From contig JANNVX010000033.1 in NCBI GenBank assembly GCA_031414595.1, forward strand, positions 5,276-69,275: DNA of 64,000 nt. The letters are read 5' to 3'. The position numbers and the translations under genes are program-made. The notes under the pieces were generated by a model. That model saw only the letters and a program-made list of their open reading frames with translations. It made no database searches and had not been told where the DNA came from. The stretch's first letter is position 1. Every line of letters begins with the position of its first letter. Below, in pieces: positions 60,343-64,000 of this stretch. The DNA is from Deinococcales bacterium (lineage in GTDB: Bacteria; Deinococcota; Deinococci; Deinococcales; JAAFIG01).

Positions 60343-61460
60343 TAATTGTCAAGCAGCCGCGCCACTTCACCAAATGGAAACTGCTCCGACTCGAGACCAC
60401 CGGGGGTGACCACCCACAAGACTGGAATACTCGGCAGCAAAGACGGAAAATCGCCAAAGCCATCAGTTAAATAGACCACCACGCTATTTTCCAAGTTCAG
60501 TGTTTCCAAATGCTTAAAGAACGGCTGAAAATCCGTACCACCGCCACCGATTGGGTCAAGCCATTCATTCTCGAGGTCAAACCCACCGTACAAGGCAGCA
60601 TCGGCATAAAAAACCTGAATTTTAGCTTGCGGATAGGCTCGAGAAATCCCGCGAAGTTCATTCATAAAACTTTGCATTTGCGCGTCCTCGACACTCCCAG
60701 AGGTATCAATACAAGCAAAAACCCGCACTGATTCTGAATCCAGTGCCTCGAGATACTGACGCTGATACAAAAAACGTCGGTCAAAATGGGTAAAATCGGT
60801 TGGGGTACGGGTCAAAAAACGCCACAGCAAGGTTTTCCAATCGAGTTGGGCATTTTCTAACGCACCGATTGCCCGCAGTAACCCTGATGGCAAATCCCCT
60901 TTTTGTTGCCCACGCGCCACACCAGCCGCTTGCGCCAACGCCTCCTTCCAGTACCGCTCGAGTTCCTTGGCTTGAGCTTCGCGCAACACCCCAGAAACGG
61001 GTTTAGCAGCTTGCCCAGAATCGGCTGGCTCGAGTAAATCTGGGTTCTCGAGTTCACGCGGGGCTTGTTTGGCAAGAATCGCGTAAACTTCTTCGACACT
61101 GTACTTTTGCAATTCTGGGTCGTGAATTGTGCCTTCGGGTAAGCTAAAACCACTCTGGTCAAGGATGCCATTAACCACAATATCGGCGGCGATATTAAAA
61201 CCTTTTGGGTTACGCCACGCCCGTCGCGTGACGTGTAGCAGTGCTGCGTGTAGTAACTCATGCAGCAGCACACCATCTACTTGCTCAACCGGTAAGGACT
61301 CGAGAAATTCTGGATTGTAAATCACTTCGCGCCCGTCCGTCGCCGCCGTGGGATGCGAAGGGTCGGCTCGGAAGGTCGCAAAAAGCGCGAGGGTAGCAAG
61401 GAACGGGCTTTTGCCGCGTAAGCGCAGTAGACTGCCTCGGACTCGTTGTTCGCCCATCAT
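60342..61460 (-). CDS. Metallopeptidase + vWA protein (DUF2201-type)
   Basis: TAATDG, LLHELLH, NIAADIVVN, IDTSGS MIDAS, GGGTDF, YLTDG. Confidence 0.88.
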   Translation of the reverse strand: MMGEQRVRGSLLRLRGKSPFLATLALFATFRADPSHPTAATDGREVIYNPEFLESLPVEQVDGVLLHELLHAALLHVTRRAWRNPKGFNIAADIVVNGILDQSGFSLPEGTIHDPELQKYSVEEVYAILAKQAPRELENPDLLEPADSGQAAKPVSGVLREAQAKELERYWKEALAQAAGVARGQQKGDLPSGLLRAIGALENAQLDWKTLLWRFLTRTPTDFTHFDRRFLYQRQYLEALDSESVRVFACIDTSGSVEDAQMQSFMNELRGISRAYPQAKIQVFYADAALYGGFDLENEWLDPIGGGGTDFQPFFKHLETLNLENSVVVYLTDGFGDFPSLLPSIPVLWVVTPGGLESEQFPFGEVARLLDN

Positions 61461-64000
61461 GGGGACACCTTCTTTGCCTCGAGTTTTTGCTGGGCAGTGG
61501 AACGTACTGTTCGGTGTGCGTCTTGGCTTAACTGCTCGAGAATCGGCTGTGGAGTGCTTGGGTTATTTGCCACAGCTAAACGTTCGCGCCACTCGAGACT
61601 ATTGGCATTTTTTCGTTTACCAAGTTCCGAGATTCTGGTGCTTAAAGATAAAGCAAAAATACGATTGAGTTTACTGGAACGTAGACTTTCATCGAGAATT
61701 AAACGCTGGGCAATGCCGCGTAGACTTGGCTCGAGACGCGGGTGACTAAGGGCAGTCCGACGTACCAGAATGTCGGTGTCCTGCATTAAAACAGTTAGCA
61801 TTTCTGGGGTGACATTGTTGTGCTTGGCAATCTGGGCGCGAACGTCACGGTCTGGGTCAGACAGCAATTGCTCGAGTTGAAGCACAGTGCAATGAATGTT
61901 TTGAGCCGCCGCTAAGCGCACTTGCCAGACTTCGTGATTTAAGTACATTTCGATATTGGGTAACTTCACGGTTTTGGGTAAGTGCTGCATTACAAAAGGA
62001 ATTTGGCTACTGAGTAATGCCCCCAGTTCAACTGGCTCTAAAGGGGTTCTGGTCTCGAGTTTACGGCGCAAGGTTAAATACTTGGCTTCCACGCAGTCCA
62101 GTACGGCATCATCATCATCCCAGCACAAAATTTCGTGTGCCACACCACGTTGCGCCACGGCGATTCGCACTGCCGAATCGGAGTCGGTGGCTAAGGCGCT
62201 TAGCATGGTTTCAGAGGTGCTTGGATGATACGCCACGGCTTGACGCACATCACGGTCATCATCCAAAGCCAGTTTCTCGAGCAGCGCTACAGGTAAACTC
62301 GGATTACCGACCAACGCCAAACGAATCTTAAAATCAGTTTGACTTAAAAACCAAGTCATGATTTCTGTACCGAGGTTGATGTGACCAGCCACCAGACGCT
62401 TGGCGAGGTCATTGCCGCGCCGTGCCACAAACTCGAGCCAACTGGCACTTAAATTCAAATCCTGAGTCTCGAGTTGCTTTAGAACTTGCGGTAAACGCAA
62501 TTCTACCCCCAAGGCATACAGTGCCACCAGTGGGTTGGCATTTGGGTTGCGAACAGTGGCTTCTCGCACATCTACATCGGTGTCTTGGGCGAGGAGTTCG
62601 AGCATCAGATTCGGACAACGCGGATGGGCGGCGACATTGCGCCGTACTTGCCAATTGGAATTTTTAGACAGCAACTCGAGTAAAGACTTAGACAATCCCA
62701 AATGAGCCGATACCCCCTCCAGCACTCGAGAATCCGAATGCTCTGCCAGTTGTACCAGCACCGCATCTGGTAAATTTGTACGAATTAGCAGCGCCAGTAC
62801 CACATCCACATCGGCATCAAGTGCCAGAACCTCGAGTAAACGCTGTGAGGTACGCGAGTTGGCTGCCACGGCTGCCCGAACACTTGAAACTTCGTTTTTG
62901 GCAAAGGTCTCGAGTAAATTTGCACCAGCATTGGGATGTGCCGCCGCCAGTGCCGCCATCCAAAGCGGTAATGACTCGAGTTCTAAGAGGGTCGGGTCTT
63001 TTTGCTCCAAGCGATTCAGTAAGCCCACTGTTCCTTGTGGTGCATTGGGACTGACTCGAGCCGCCAAATGCACGGCTTCATGTAAATCAGACAGTAAAAG
63101 CTCTAAAATACTGGGGCTGGTGCTTGGATTATTTGCGACAGCTTGACGCACATCACGGTCATAATCTGCGGCTAAACGCGCCAAAACTGGCATTGGGGTT
63201 TTGATATGCCTCGCCACCAATTGCCGCACTTGCCAGTCATCATCAGTAGATAACTGCTTTAATAACTTCTTAGAGATGGTGTTGTGCTGGGCTGCTAAAC
63301 GTCTTGCCTTGGCTTTTCCCAAAGCCAATTTATTCAAATCTTTAGGGCTGCGTAGTGCTAAATTCTGGGCTTGTTCGACAAATACCGAAGTACAATACTG
63401 CTGTGCTGCACAAGCCACCGATTCTTCCTCATCAAGTGACAAGGACTCGAGAATGTTGGGTGGCAAATCCAAACGTTGCGCCACCAGCGCCCGCAATTCC
63501 GAATCAAAATCGGCGGCTAAAACTGCAAAAATATCTGTGTCCATCGGCAAGCCAGCCACCAGTGCATCCTTAAATAATTCATTGTTGCGCTCAAAATCTT
63601 GCAAGGGTAATAAATCGGCGTTGTTAGAGTTTGCCATATGACCCAGTAACGCATCGTTGACTCGAGCATCGGCTTGAACAAACCAATCATCTAAAATTTT
63701 TGCCTCGAGAAAGGGATTACGCAGTGCTGCCAATTGCGAATCTACACCCAGCCGCCCAGCCGTCTCGAGCCAGCCCGACGGACATGAATTCACGCCCAAC
63801 AAAGCAAAACGCGCAAAATCTGGCAGTTCCTCAAACCAAGCTGGATTTAAGAAACGCAACCACTCGAGCAAAGGATTTTCAAGCACTGCCTCTGGATATA
63901 GGGCAGCTAAACGCGGCAATAAGAACTCTGGGATATTCGGATTTTTGGTGACTGCCATTCGCACCGATTTATCCTTACTGCACGCCAGTTTCCCCAGCAG
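61457..64000 (-). CDS. Leucine-rich-repeat-variant/HEAT repeat protein, 5' end outside window
   Basis: Many L..LA.D.D.DVR.AVA.NP.T repeats; frame stays open to 64000 (LLGKLACSKDKSVR). Confidence 0.85.
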   Translation of the reverse strand: MLGKLACSKDKSVRMAVTKNPNIPEFLLPRLAALYPEAVLENPLLEWLRFLNPAWFEELPDFARFALLGVNSCPSGWLETAGRLGVDSQLAALRNPFLEAKILDDWFVQADARVNDALLGHMANSNNADLLPLQDFERNNELFKDALVAGLPMDTDIFAVLAADFDSELRALVAQRLDLPPNILESLSLDEEESVACAAQQYCTSVFVEQAQNLALRSPKDLNKLALGKAKARRLAAQHNTISKKLLKQLSTDDDWQVRQLVARHIKTPMPVLARLAADYDRDVRQAVANNPSTSPSILELLLSDLHEAVHLAARVSPNAPQGTVGLLNRLEQKDPTLLELESLPLWMAALAAAHPNAGANLLETFAKNEVSSVRAAVAANSRTSQRLLEVLALDADVDVVLALLIRTNLPDAVLVQLAEHSDSRVLEGVSAHLGLSKSLLELLSKNSNWQVRRNVAAHPRCPNLMLELLAQDTDVDVREATVRNPNANPLVALYALGVELRLPQVLKQLETQDLNLSASWLEFVARRGNDLAKRLVAGHINLGTEIMTWFLSQTDFKIRLALVGNPSLPVALLEKLALDDDRDVRQAVAYHPSTSETMLSALATDSDSAVRIAVAQRGVAHEILCWDDDDAVLDCVEAKYLTLRRKLETRTPLEPVELGALLSSQIPFVMQHLPKTVKLPNIEMYLNHEVWQVRLAAAQNIHCTVLQLEQLLSDPDRDVRAQIAKHNNVTPEMLTVLMQDTDILVRRTALSHPRLEPSLRGIAQRLILDESLRSSKLNRIFALSLSTRISELGKRKNANSLEWRERLAVANNPSTPQPILEQLSQDAHRTVRSTAQQKLEAKKVSP

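Overview
A 64-kb chromosomal window from a Deinococcota bacterium, inferred from Gfh1, a Thermus-like S20, many leaderless TANNNT-N6/7-ATG starts and a split kdpD. It is mostly housekeeping and metabolism: a partial crtI-like gene, mazG, an FMN-riboswitch-controlled ABC transporter, gfh1, rplS, recQ, rpsT, rlmB, hisIE/hisF, tRNA-Asn, tRNA-Leu, pepF, iscR/iscS, trpS/scpA and an HD-GYP protein. It ends with a kdp locus interrupted by a TA/HEPN islet, a TetR-MMPL-LolA-like-barrel-P450 operon and a vWA/metallopeptidase + LRV-repeat locus running off the right edge. Signals not explained by ordinary annotation: (1) the palindrome CTCGAG is roughly 20-30-fold over-represented in all frames, HIP1-like; (2) a KdpE-less kdp regulon in which a shared TGACCGA operator/promoter architecture links kdpF, a NarL-type two-component pair and an unannotated 57-aa membrane protein; (3) a GTAG-REP/MITE family, with one doublet translated in-frame inside RecQ; (4) a four-helix-bundle gene bracketed by inverted heptamer arrays inside the his operon; (5) several unannotated small ORFs. 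All family assignments come from motif recognition by eye, and all counts are manual.
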